64,000 nt of DNA from an uncultured Acidobacteriaceae bacterium (GCA_963755925.1 CAVWLH010000004.1:14858-78857), one strand, 5' to 3'; positions 38,819 through 47,746 are shown, numbered from the stretch's first letter. The notes: generated by a model from the sequence alone, not told the origin. Numbers and translations are program-made.

Positions 38819-39592
38819 ATGGCCGCTGCACTCCAACTCGAAGACATGGTCACGGCGGTGGCCGCGGTGGGCGCGCGCGTCTCCGGCCTGCTGGTGTTTA
38901 CCCCGTTTCTGGGAAGCAACGCGATTGCCCCGCGCATCAAGGTGGGCTTCGTGGTGCTGCTGACGGCGGTGCTTTATCCCGTGTGCGGGCCGCGCGGCAT
39001 GACGCTGACTGCGGGCGGGGCGCTGCGCATGATGCTGTCGGAGGCGCTGATCGGAATCCTGTTGGGGCTGGCGGTGCAATTCGTCTTCGAGGCGGCCGAG
39101 CTGGCCGGACAGGTTATGGGTACGCAGGTGGGCTATGGGTTGGTCAACATCCTCGACCCCAACACCCAGGTCGATACCCCGGTGCTGTCGGTCTTTTCCC
39201 AGACCCTCGCCCTGCTGATTTTTCTTCAGCTGGGGGTACACCGCTGGCTGGTGCGGGCGCTGGCGGCGAGCTTCCGCTATCTGCCTGCCGGCGCGGCGCT
39301 GGCCACGGGCGCGATGACCCATGAACTTCTGCATGCGGCCGGCGGCATCTGGCTGGCGGGAGTGCAACTGGCGGCGCCGGTGCTGCTGGCCACCTTGATG
39401 GTCGATCTGGTGCTGGGCTTTCTGGGCAAGTCCTCGCCCCAGCTGCCGGTACTGTTTCTGGGACTTTCGGTGAAGAGCATGGTCGGGCTTTCGCTGCTGG
39501 GGCTGTCGCTCGGCTACTGGCCGGGGATCTTCGAGCGCTACTTCACCAGCGCCATTCATTCCGGAGAGCGGTTGTTGCAACTGGCCCACTGA
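38819..39592 (+). CDS. fliR: flagellar export apparatus protein FliR
   Basis: 257 aa and polytopic. VSGLLVFTPFLGSNAIAPRIKVGF...AAELAGQVMGTQVGYG is FliR-like. It follows fliQ. Confidence 0.9.
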   Translation: MAAALQLEDMVTAVAAVGARVSGLLVFTPFLGSNAIAPRIKVGFVVLLTAVLYPVCGPRGMTLTAGGALRMMLSEALIGILLGLAVQFVFEAAELAGQVMGTQVGYGLVNILDPNTQVDTPVLSVFSQTLALLIFLQLGVHRWLVRALAASFRYLPAGAALATGAMTHELLHAAGGIWLAGVQLAAPVLLATLMVDLVLGFLGKSSPQLPVLFLGLSVKSMVGLSLLGLSLGYWPGIFERYFTSAIHSGERLLQLAH

Positions 39593-39599
39593 TTTCGCC

Positions 39600-40677
39600 A
39601 TGGCAAACGACGACAAGACCGAACGAGCAACTCCGCGGCGCCGCGACAAGGCGCGCGAGCAGGGACGGGTGGCGCGCAGCCGCGAGCTGGCGGGAGCGCT
39701 GATCGGCTTTGCCGGAGTGCTGGTAGTGCTGTGGGTCTCAGGCGGCGAGTTGCAGCGCTGGCGCAGCAGTTGGCGGCTGTGGACCGATTTGGCCTGGCAA
39801 AGCGACTTCAACCCCGGGACACCGATTTTGCTTTGGGTAGGGACGGCGGCGATGCGCTGGATCCTGGCGCCGCTCAGCCTGGTCTGGGTGCTGGCCGTAG
39901 CCAGCAGCGTGGCCCAGGGCGGCCTGGTCTTTTCGGCAGAAGCCTTGACCCCGAATATCGAGCGCATGAGCCCGGCGAAAAAACTGGGGCAGATGTTCTC
40001 GGTCTCCGGGCTGGCGCCGGCAGGCAAGTCGCTGGTTCCCTTTTCGGTGCTGCTGTATCTGGGCATCTCCATCCTGGCGCGCGACTGGGGGCTGCTGATG
40101 CGCGCCGCCCAGATGCCGGCCGCGGTGCTGGCCCATGTGGCCTACGACCGCGCCTTGGAGATTTGCTGGAAGTCGACCCTGGTGCTGCTGCTGTGGGCGG
40201 CGATCGACTACCTGCTGCAGCGGCAGAAGCTGGAGCACGAGCTGCGCATGTCGAAGCAGGAGCTGAGGGACGAATACAAGGAGACCGACGGCAATCCCAC
40301 GGTGAAATCGCGGCTGCGGCGGCTTGCAGCGCCAGATGCGGCGGCGGCGCATGTTGAAGGAAGTGGAGCGCGCCACCCTGGTCATCACCAACCCTACACA
40401 CTTTGCCGTCGCCCTGGAATACGGGCCCCTGATGCCGGCGCCGGTGGTGGTCGCCAAGGGCCTGAACGCGCTGGCCGAGCAGATCAAGGAGATCGCGCGC
40501 TGGCACGAAATCCCCATTGCGGAAAATCCGCCGCTGGCCCAGGCGCTCTATCGCAGCGTCGAGATCGGACAGGCGATTCCGGCGAAGTTATATGCCGCCG
40601 TGGCCGAGATTCTGGCCTTCATCCTGCGCGCGCAGATGCGGGCGCGGGCGCAGGCACGGCAGGCGGGCAGGGCATAA
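39600..40677 (+). pseudogene. flhB: flagellar export switch protein FlhB, frame-disrupted in this sequence
   Basis: The N-terminus DDKTERATPRRRDKAREQGRVARSRE...ELRMSKQELRDEYKETDGNPTVKSRLRR lies in the 39600 frame. The C-terminus with the autocleavage motif LVITNPTHFAVAL lies in ORF 40324..40677 and has its own stop. One switch near 40320. Confidence 0.9.
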
Positions 40678-40680
40678 GCC

Positions 40681-42770
40681 ATGGCCAATGCGATCGACAA
40701 ACCGCAGACCGGGCTGAGATCAGTAAGCGGGCCTCGGAGTGGATCATTCCGGTGGCGGCGGTGGCGCTGGTGTTCGTGATGCTGGTGCCGCTGCCGGCCT
40801 TCATGCTCGATCTGCTGCTGGCCATCAGCATTACCGCCTCGGTGCTGGTGCTGCTGTCGGCGGTGCACATCCTGCGGCCGGTACAGTTCTCGGTGTTTCC
40901 CAGCTTGCTGCTGTTGCTGACGCTCTTCCGCCTGTCGCTGAACCTGGCCAGCAGCCGCCGCATTCTGCTGCACGGCAACGAAGGCGCGGGCGCCGCCGGC
41001 AATGTGATTGAGGCCTTCGGGCAGTTCGTCGTCGGCGGCAACTATGTTGTGGGCTTCGTGCTCTTCCTCGCCTTGATCGCCATTCAGTACATGGTGATCA
41101 GCCACGGCGCGGTGCGCACTGCCGAGGTCACGGCGCGCTTCACCCTGGACGCCATGCCGGGCAAGCAGATGGCGATCGACGCCGACCTGAACGCCGGCAT
41201 CATCGACGAAAAACAGGCGCGCTCGCGCCGCGAGGAGGTCAGCCGCGAAGCCGAGTTCCACGGCGCCATGGACGGAGCGGCGCGCTTCAATCAGCGCGAC
41301 TCGCTGGCCACGGTGCTGATTACCGCCATCAACATCATTGCCGGCTTCCTGATCGGCGTCTTCCAGCTGGATGTGCCTTTTCGCGAGGCGCTGAAGACCT
41401 ACACCATCCTGACCGTGGGCGATGGCCTGGTGACCATCATCCCGGCGCTGCTGGTTTCGGTGGCCGGCGGCATCGTGGTCACGCGCTCTTCGTCGGACAG
41501 CAGCCTGGGCGCCGATGTCGGCAAGCAACTGTTCTCGCGCAGCCGCCCCCTGTGGATCGCCGCCGGCGCCATGGCGGCGCTGGCGCTGGTCCCCGGACTG
41601 CCCAAGATTTCCTTTCTGCTGATCGCCGTGGCCGCGGGCTGGGGAGCGCGGCGGGCCAAGCGCGAATTCGAGAAGCCGGCGGCCTTGTCCCCGGAGAACG
41701 CCGCCGGGCGCTGCCGGCGCGGCCGGTGCGGCCAAGCAGGATGCCCTGGAAGGTCTGCTGAAGCTGGACGACATCAGCCTGGAAGTGGGCTATGCGCTGG
41801 TTCCGCTGGTCGATGCCAAACAAGGCGGCCAACTGTTGCAGCGGATCAAAGCTTTGCGCCGGCATCTGGCGCTGCAGCTGGGCTTCATCGTGCCGCCGGT
41901 GCATATCACCGACAACCTGAAGTTGAAGCCGCGCGAGTATGTGGTCTTTCTGCGCGGGGTGGAGATTGCGCGCTGGGAGCTGCGCGACGATTGCCTGCTG
42001 GCCATCAGCTCGGAGAGCGAGCCGCCCCAGTTGCAGGGCCTGGCTACCAGGAGCCGGCCTTCGGGGTGGCGGCGCTGTGGATCGTTCCCGGCCTGCGCGA
42101 GCAGGCGCTGGCCCGCGGTTATGCCGTGGTGGACCAGACCTCGGTGATTGCCACTCATATGGCCGAGGTCATCAAGCAGCACGCCTACGAACTGTTGAGC
42201 CGCCAGGAGACCAAGCGCCTGCTGGACCGGCTGGCCGAAAGCCAGCCCAAGCTGGGCGAAGAGCTGGTGCCCAAGCTGATGAGCCTGGGCGAGGTGCAGA
42301 AGGTGTTGCAGCAACTGCTGCGCGAGCAGGTCTCGATTCGCGATCTGCCCACCATCCTGGAAAGCCTGCTGGACACCTCGGCCGTGGGCAAGAACCCGGT
42401 GCTGATGGTGGAAGGCGCGCGCCAGGCGCTGGGCCGGGCGCTGGTGCATCCGCTGTTGTCCGACGATGGCGGGCTGCGGGTGGTGACCCTCGATCCCGGC
42501 ATCGAGGAGGAGCTGACGCGCGCCTTTTCGGGACAGGCGCCGGCGGGCAACACCAGCCTTGAGCCTTCGTTTGTCCGCCGCGTGCTTGAGGGTCTGAAGA
42601 AGCTGGCGGGGGAGCAGGTACGCATGGCCACGCCGGTGGTTTTCTGCAGCACTCCGGCGCGCTTTCATCTGCGCCGCCTGCTGGAACCGTTTTTGCCCAA
42701 GCTGGTGGTGCTGTCGCCGGGAGAGATTCCGCCGGTAGTTCAGGTGCAGTCGCTGGGAATGATTCGCTGA
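40681..42770 (+). pseudogene. flhA: flagellar export gate protein FlhA, frame-disrupted in this sequence
   Basis: ATG at 40681. GNYVVGFVLFLALIAIQYMVISHGAVRTAEVTARFTLDAMPGKQMAIDADL is the FHIPEP signature. The segment LKLDDISLEVGYALVPLVD...FIVPPVHITDN lies in another frame (ORF 41785..42147). About 3 switches (near 40.72, 41.69 and 42.05 kb). Confidence 0.9.
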
Positions 42771-42789
42771 AGACGATTTCGGCGAGAGC

Positions 42790-42860
42790 GAAGAACCAAG
42801 AATGAAGAACCAAGAATGAAGAACCAAGAATGAAGAAACCAAGAATGAACAATGAAGAAC
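42790..42860. repeat. tandem repeat, 14-bp unit GAAGAACCAAGAAT x4 plus partial units, immediately upstream of the fliA RBS
   Basis: Units at 42790, 42804, 42818 and 42832 (the last has one extra A), then gaacaatgaagaacg. It is flanked by the near-direct repeats gaagacgatttcg and gaagaacgattcg. Confidence 0.95.
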
Positions 42861-42879
42861 GATTCGATAAGGAGGCAGC

Positions 42880-43715
42880 ATGAGTGCCGCGCAGGCCTAC
42901 GAACAGATGCAGCAGACAGACGAAATGAACCGGCGGCGGAGAACTCCGAGCAGCTCTTGCTGGAGCAGTTGCCGCAGGTGAAGTACATCGCGCGCCGTAT
43001 CCACGAGCGGCTGCCGCAGCACGTTCCCTTCGACGACCTGCTGCACGCCGGCATCGTGGGGCTGATCGACGCCATGCACAAGTACGACGCCAGCAAGAAT
43101 GTGCGCTTCGCTTCCTACGCCAAGTTCCGCATTCGCGGGGCGATTCTCGACAGCCTGCGCGACATGGACTGGAGCCCGCGCGACCTGCGCCGCAAGGCGC
43201 GCCGCCTGGAAGCCGCCATGCAGAAGCTGCAAACCGAGCTGGGGCACTCGGCCACCGAGCCCGAGCTGGCCGAGGCCATGGGCATGACCCTGGAAGAATT
43301 TCAGCACATGCTGAACGAGATTCGCGGCCTCGAGGTGGGCAGCCTGCAGATCGAGTCGCTGGAGGATGGGCGGGAAACCGATCTGAGCGAGAGTATAGCC
43401 GGGCCCCCGGACCAGGACCCGCTGTCGCTGTACATGCGGACGGAGCGCAAGCAGATGCTGGCCGCCGCCATCGCCGTATTGCCGGAGCGGGAGCAGCAGG
43501 TGCTGGCCCTCTACTACCAGGAAGAGCTGACCATGAAGGAAGTGGGCGCGGTGCTGGGGGTAGGCGAGTCGCGGGTATCGCAGATCCATTCGGTGGCCGT
43601 GGCCCGTCTGCGCGCCATGCTGGCCAATGCCCAGCAAAGTCAGAGACGGGCGGCCGCGTTGCCCGCCCTCGGCGGCGAGGATGCAGAGGAAGCGGAGTCA
43701 TGGAAAAGGTCTTAA
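42880..43715 (+). pseudogene. fliA: flagellar sigma factor FliA (sigma28), 5' end frame-shifted in this sequence
   Basis: AGGAGGcagcATG at 42880 gives MSAAQAYEQMQQTDEMN. The conserved body lies in ORF 42852..43715: region 2 is DLLHAGIVGLIDAMHKYD and the region 4 HTH is LTMKEVGAVLGVGESRVSQIH. One switch near 42935. Confidence 0.88.
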
Positions 43716-44686
43716 GCCAGGGAGAGATCGACGCTCTGTTCCGCGCCGCCAGCGGCGACGCCACCGCCGCCCGGGGAGCTGCCGCCGGGGCCGGGGCCCA
43801 GATCGAGTCGTGGGACCTGCACCAGGCGGGGCTGCTGGGCAAGGAGCAGCTGCGCAGCGTCAGCCAGCTGCATGAAAGTTTCGCCCGCAACCTGACCAGC
43901 GCCATCGGCGGCTATCTGCGCGACACCTTTCAGGTTGCCCTGGTGGCGGTGGAACAGCTGGCCTACCGCGACTTTCTCGCCCGCTTTCCTGATCCCACCT
44001 ATTACGGCACCTTTCTGCTTCCCCCCAACCACGCCAGCGGCATCCTGCACCTCGACCTGAGCCTCGCCTTCCCGCTGGTGGACCTGCTGCTGGGCGGGCA
44101 GGGACAGATGCCGCAAAGCCAGGTTACGCGCGAGGTCACCGACATAGAAGAAAGCGTGCTGGAAGGCATTGGCCAGTCTATCTGCGGCGAGCTGCAGGTG
44201 GTGTGGCAGCCCCTCGGTCTCGAGGTCGCGTTCGAGCGGCGGCAGCCGGTCTCGCAGATGCTGCGCATCATGCCGCCGGAGGAGAAGACCCTGACCCTGA
44301 CCTTCGAGGTCACGATGAGCGACTCCAAAGGCATGTTGAACATCGCTTTTCCCTCCGTGGTCTCCAGCGCCCTGATGCGGCGGCTGCGCTCCGAGCTGGT
44401 GTACCAGCGCGCCCGGGGGCCGGCGGCGAACCAGGAGAGCATTGGCAAGCGGCTGCTGGAGTCAGGGGTGGAGCTGGAGCTGGCGACGCCCGCCATTGCG
44501 GTGCGCCTGGGCGAGCTGCTGACCTTGGAGCGGGGAAGGGTTTTGCCCTTGCGCCGCCACATTGAAGAGCCGGCGGTGGTGCGCCTGGGGGGACGCGACT
44601 GCTGGCTGGCGCGGCCGGTAGGCAGCCGCAACTGCCGCGCCGCCCAGTTGCTGGAATACCTTCCCCCGGCGGAAGCAGAGACATAG
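43700..44686 (+). CDS. fliM: flagellar motor switch protein FliM
   Basis: MEKVLSQGEIDALF is the CheY-P-binding N-terminal motif. A CheC-like middle and a C-terminal SpoA-like segment follow. 328 aa. Confidence 0.9.
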   Translation: MEKVLSQGEIDALFRAASGDATAARGAAAGAGAQIESWDLHQAGLLGKEQLRSVSQLHESFARNLTSAIGGYLRDTFQVALVAVEQLAYRDFLARFPDPTYYGTFLLPPNHASGILHLDLSLAFPLVDLLLGGQGQMPQSQVTREVTDIEESVLEGIGQSICGELQVVWQPLGLEVAFERRQPVSQMLRIMPPEEKTLTLTFEVTMSDSKGMLNIAFPSVVSSALMRRLRSELVYQRARGPAANQESIGKRLLESGVELELATPAIAVRLGELLTLERGRVLPLRRHIEEPAVVRLGGRDCWLARPVGSRNCRAAQLLEYLPPAEAET

Positions 44687-44708
44687 CGGGGAGATAGAGG
44701 AATAAGCC

Positions 44709-45629
44709 ATGAGTCCACAGGGGCAAAGCCAAAACCAGCTTGAGATTTACCGGCGGGCGTGGAGCGATAGTCTGGCCCTGCTGCTTTCGCGGATGGCCGC
44801 GGGAGAATGGCACATTGCAGCCGAACCTCCGGCCGCCGCCGTCCATGCCGACGATGCCGCTGTCGCGCGGGTCCGGATCACGGCCGCAGGCGGGTTGGCG
44901 GGTTGCCAGTGCTGTAGCTTCGCCGCCGCCGATCTGGCGGCGCTGCTGGGAATCTTTCTGGGCGAGGAAGTCTCGCTTGCCGGCGAGCCTGACGCCACGC
45001 AAAAGGAAGCGCTGGAGGAGCTGATACGGCAGTGGGCCGGGCTGGCGGCCAGCGCGCTGAAGCCTGACTTTGGGGAAGTCACATTGGAGGTGGCGCTGGA
45101 GGCTCCTGGCCCAGTCCCAAGCGGCGCCCAGTGGCTGCGGGCCACTGACAGCACCCGCTCCATCGCCGCCGCGCTGGAGCTGGACGATGTTCTCCGGGGA
45201 GCGCTGCACCCCTCCGAAGCCGGAAGCACGGCTCCGCCCGAAGCCAATTCCAACTCCAATTCCGACTCCAATTCCAAAGCTGGTCCCAGCTCTGGACCTG
45301 CATCGGAGTCGCCGCCGCCGCCCGCTTCCCGGCCCAACCGGGCTACGCCGCAAATTGAGGAGCTTCTGCGCCAGGGCAATCTGGAGTTGCTGATGGATGT
45401 GGAGCTGGCGGTGATGTTGCGCTTTGGCAGCCGCCAGGCCAGCTTGCGCGAAGTGCTCGATCTGTCCACGGGCGCGGTGCTGGAGCTGGACCGCGAGCTT
45501 CAGGAGCCGGTGGACCTGGTGCTGAATGGCCGGGTGATCGCGCGCGGCGAGGTGGTGGTGGTCGACGGCAATTACGGTTTGCGGGTAGTGGAGGTGGCGT
45601 CGCCGCAGCAACGGGTCAATAGTTTGTAG
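44709..45629 (+). CDS. fliN: flagellar motor switch protein FliN with a long N-terminal extension (FliY-like architecture)
   Basis: The C-terminal 85 aa, LELLMDVELAVMLRFGSRQASLREVLDLSTGAVLELDRELQEPVDLVLNGRVIARGEVVVVDGNYGLRVVEV, form a SpoA/FliN domain. The ~220-aa N-terminal part and an SNSNSDSNS linker are unassigned. Confidence 0.85.
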   Translation: MSPQGQSQNQLEIYRRAWSDSLALLLSRMAAGEWHIAAEPPAAAVHADDAAVARVRITAAGGLAGCQCCSFAAADLAALLGIFLGEEVSLAGEPDATQKEALEELIRQWAGLAASALKPDFGEVTLEVALEAPGPVPSGAQWLRATDSTRSIAAALELDDVLRGALHPSEAGSTAPPEANSNSNSDSNSKAGPSSGPASESPPPPASRPNRATPQIEELLRQGNLELLMDVELAVMLRFGSRQASLREVLDLSTGAVLELDRELQEPVDLVLNGRVIARGEVVVVDGNYGLRVVEVASPQQRVNSL

Positions 45630-45637
45630 AAGATCGT

Positions 45638-45867
45638 ATTCACCACGGAAGCACGGAGGACACGGAGAAGAAAGAAAAAGGCTCGAAAAGAAAGAAAAAA
45701 GGAAGAAAAGAAAAGCAAGAAAAAAAAGAAGAAAGAAAAGGCAAGAAAGAAAAGAGAGAACGAAAAGCTGGAAAAAAAAGAAGGAAAACGGAATTCGGGA
45801 ATTGTCATCCGATTTTCTTGCTTCCCATTTTTTTCCTCTCCGTGTCCTCCGTGCCTCCGTGGTGAAT
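45638..45867. repeat. 30-bp inverted repeat (ATTCACCACGGARGCACGGAGGACACGGAG family) enclosing a ~170-nt almost pure A/G tract
   Basis: Left arm 45638..45667, right arm 45838..45867 (1 mismatch). The interior is gaagaaagaaaaagg...gaaggaaaacgg. It lies between the fliN stop (45629) and the ATG at 45889. Confidence 0.9.
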
Positions 45868-45888
45868 TCGCTCTAAGGAGCAACGAAA

Positions 45889-46755
45889 ATGTCTCTGTCT
45901 CTGCGTACGGTATTGCCCGGCAGCTCGCCGATGGCGGCGCTGGCGGCGCTGCCCACCTGCGCCAGTCCCTTTTGCCCGCGTCCTCCCACTTTGTGGCAGC
46001 GCTGGTGGGCCCGGCATCAGGGTATCCGGCTGCATGAGGCTTGGTATTGCTCGCTGCTGTGCTTTCAGCAGGGACTGTTTCGCCGTATGGAGCAGGCGGC
46101 GCTGGCCAGCCCGCACAGCCTTCCCCGGCCCAACCGCATGCCGCTGGGGCTGATCCTGTTGTCGCAGGGCGAGATTACCGGCCAGCAACTGCGTCTGGCG
46201 CTCAGCCGCCAGCGGGCTGCGGGCAGCGGCAAGCTGGGCGAGTGGCTGATCAGCATAGGAGCGGTCGGCGAAGCCGAGGTCACTTCCGCCCTGGCGGCGC
46301 AGCAGGGATGTCCGTTGTTTCCGCTGGAGGAGCCGCAAGCCGTTCCCCCCAGAATGTATTGGCCGGAGCTGCTGGTGGAACGCTATCGCGCGGTGCCGGC
46401 TTTCTATAACCGGGCGCAGTCCAGCCTCTATGTGGGATTTCTGGAGCGGGTAGACCATGCTTTTCTGCTGGCGCTGGAGCGGATGCTGGGTTGCCGCACC
46501 CAGCCCTGCATCCTGCCTTTGTCCGCCTACAACCGCCAACTGGAGCTCGGCGCCCTCAGCGTGGAAAGCGAGACCATCGTGATCCACCAGCGCCAGAGCG
46601 GGGTGGAGATGACCCGCACCATCGGCAACTACGCCGAGCAGGTGCATGCCGAGCGCTGCACCGTAGTGGCTTGCGACGATTGCCTGTGGACCAGGCTGGA
46701 GTCGGCTGCCGGCCGCCATGTTGACTTCCTCTTTCGCTTGCCCACGGTGAGTTAG
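45889..46755 (+). CDS. stand-alone T2SSE_N/MshEN-domain protein with an N-terminal Cys4 motif (putative c-di-GMP receptor)
   Basis: Residues 85-108 (PLGLILLSQGEITGQQLRLALSRQ) and 115-138 (KLGEWLISIGAVGEAEVTSALAAQ) fit the tandem MshEN 24-mer pattern. Then QQGCPLFPLEE...ERYRAVPAFYN...LYVGF continues a GspE-N fold. C24-x4-C29...C54-x3-C58. No ATPase domain. Confidence 0.6.
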   Translation: MSLSLRTVLPGSSPMAALAALPTCASPFCPRPPTLWQRWWARHQGIRLHEAWYCSLLCFQQGLFRRMEQAALASPHSLPRPNRMPLGLILLSQGEITGQQLRLALSRQRAAGSGKLGEWLISIGAVGEAEVTSALAAQQGCPLFPLEEPQAVPPRMYWPELLVERYRAVPAFYNRAQSSLYVGFLERVDHAFLLALERMLGCRTQPCILPLSAYNRQLELGALSVESETIVIHQRQSGVEMTRTIGNYAEQVHAERCTVVACDDCLWTRLESAAGRHVDFLFRLPTVS

Positions 46756-46802
46756 GCTGGGCTCGGGCCGGGATACTCGACCACGCCGCCGGACACCACC
46801 GC

Positions 46803-46827
46803 TAAAGCCTCGGCCTCTGCTGCCGAT
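46803..46827 (+). promoter_or_regulatory. sigma28-like promoter (TAAA-N15-GCCGAT)
   Basis: TAAA at 46803..46806 and GCCGAT at 46822..46827, with exact 15-nt spacing. The -10 element overlaps the first ATG (46826) of the next ORF, so ATG 46847 may be the real start. Confidence 0.4.
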
Positions 46828-47728
46828 GGAAACCACAGGTCCCAATATGAATCTTGCTGCTCCCGCCCGCCCCCTTGCCCGGCCTCCCGTCGCAATCGCC
46901 ACCGAAGTCGATGCCAGCGCAACTATCCGTTGCGGCAGGTCGCCTGCTCTGGTGCTGCCGCTGCTGACCCGCTCCATATCCTTGTTAACGCTTTTGCTGC
47001 AGGACAGCGCCGTCGATCTGGAACTGGCGGGGGCCGTCATTGGGCTCGATCCCGCACTGGCGTTCGGCACCTTGCAGCTGGCCAATCGCGATCGCGGCGA
47101 AGGCGAAGACGCTATCTGGCAACTTCCGCTGGCGGTGGTGGCCGCCGGCCGCGAAGGCCTGCAGCAATTGCTCCAGCGCGCTCCCCGCATCGAGTGCAGC
47201 GGCCATATGGGTAAGCAGACGCGATTGTGCCGGCTGGTGGCGAACGCTGCCACCCGGGCCGCGGTTGGGCACCTGCTGGCGCGCGAGCTGGGAAGCTCGA
47301 TTCCGCGCAAGGCCTATCTTTCCGGATTATTGTTTGAGCTGCCGGCCATGGTACGGCTGGCCGCGCCGGCGATCTCGCAGGCAGAGTTGCTGCCTGCCAT
47401 GTGTCATGCCCTGCCGGCTGCGATGGTGAGGGCGGCCATGGGATTGCCCGACGATGGCGAAGAGGCTCCCCGCGACCCCCTGCTGGCCATCGGCCTGATT
47501 GCCGATGCGGTGCTCGGGGCTGTAGCTGAGCCGTCCTCGCTGACGGTTGCGCTGGAGGAGTTAGCTGCCGGCCCGCTCTGGCATTGCTGGGAGGCAAGCA
47601 GCACGCAGCAGCGTGCTTTCCTGCTGGAACATGGTTGCGAGCTGGCAGGCTGGGTCCGGGCCAATCTCGAGGACATGGATCCGTGGGAATTCATGGCCCG
47701 GCTGGAACGCCGCAACGGGTGGGAGTAA
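46826..47728 (+). CDS. HDOD-like domain protein (degenerate; HD replaced)
   Basis: LVLPLLTRSISLLTLLLQDSAVDLELAGAVIGLDPALAFGTLQLAN ... AYLSGLLFELPAMV parallels the HDOD pattern LP.LP....LL.LL.D......LA..I..DPAL...LLRLAN...AFLAGLLHDIGKL. Confidence 0.45.
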   Translation: METTGPNMNLAAPARPLARPPVAIATEVDASATIRCGRSPALVLPLLTRSISLLTLLLQDSAVDLELAGAVIGLDPALAFGTLQLANRDRGEGEDAIWQLPLAVVAAGREGLQQLLQRAPRIECSGHMGKQTRLCRLVANAATRAAVGHLLARELGSSIPRKAYLSGLLFELPAMVRLAAPAISQAELLPAMCHALPAAMVRAAMGLPDDGEEAPRDPLLAIGLIADAVLGAVAEPSSLTVALEELAAGPLWHCWEASSTQQRAFLLEHGCELAGWVRANLEDMDPWEFMARLERRNGWE

Positions 47729-47746
47729 CCATCCCGCGAGAAACTT

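Noticed and set aside
39600-42770. A single 1056-aa ORF that looks like an FlhB-FlhA fusion protein
   Set aside because: The middle of the ORF (about residues 245-375) is Arg/Gly/Ala-rich out-of-frame text. The real FlhB C-terminus with the NPTH motif is in ORF 40324..40677, ending at its own TAA. An ATG for flhA follows 3 nt later at 40681. The fusion is an artefact of frame breaks.
42172-43905. Very long antisense ORFs. Examples: 42172..43905(-), 44310..45611(-), 45805..47310(-), 48604..50031(-), 51695..52906(-), 40548..41774(-), 7107..8444(+), 11325..12311(-), 34925..36280(+)
   Set aside because: All lie opposite strongly supported genes. They have Arg/Ala/Gly/Pro-dominated, motif-free translations typical of stop-poor antisense frames in high-G+C DNA.
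44709-45380. CheC-like phosphatase (FliY) active-site motifs in the N-terminal extension of FliN
   Set aside because: I found no D/S-x3-E-x2-N-x22-P type motif. Only the architecture is FliY-like, so no phosphatase call is made.
45572-45883. 103-aa minus-strand ORF rich in F/S/L, as a possible membrane protein
   Set aside because: It is simply the pyrimidine strand of the A/G tract inside the 45638..45867 inverted repeat.
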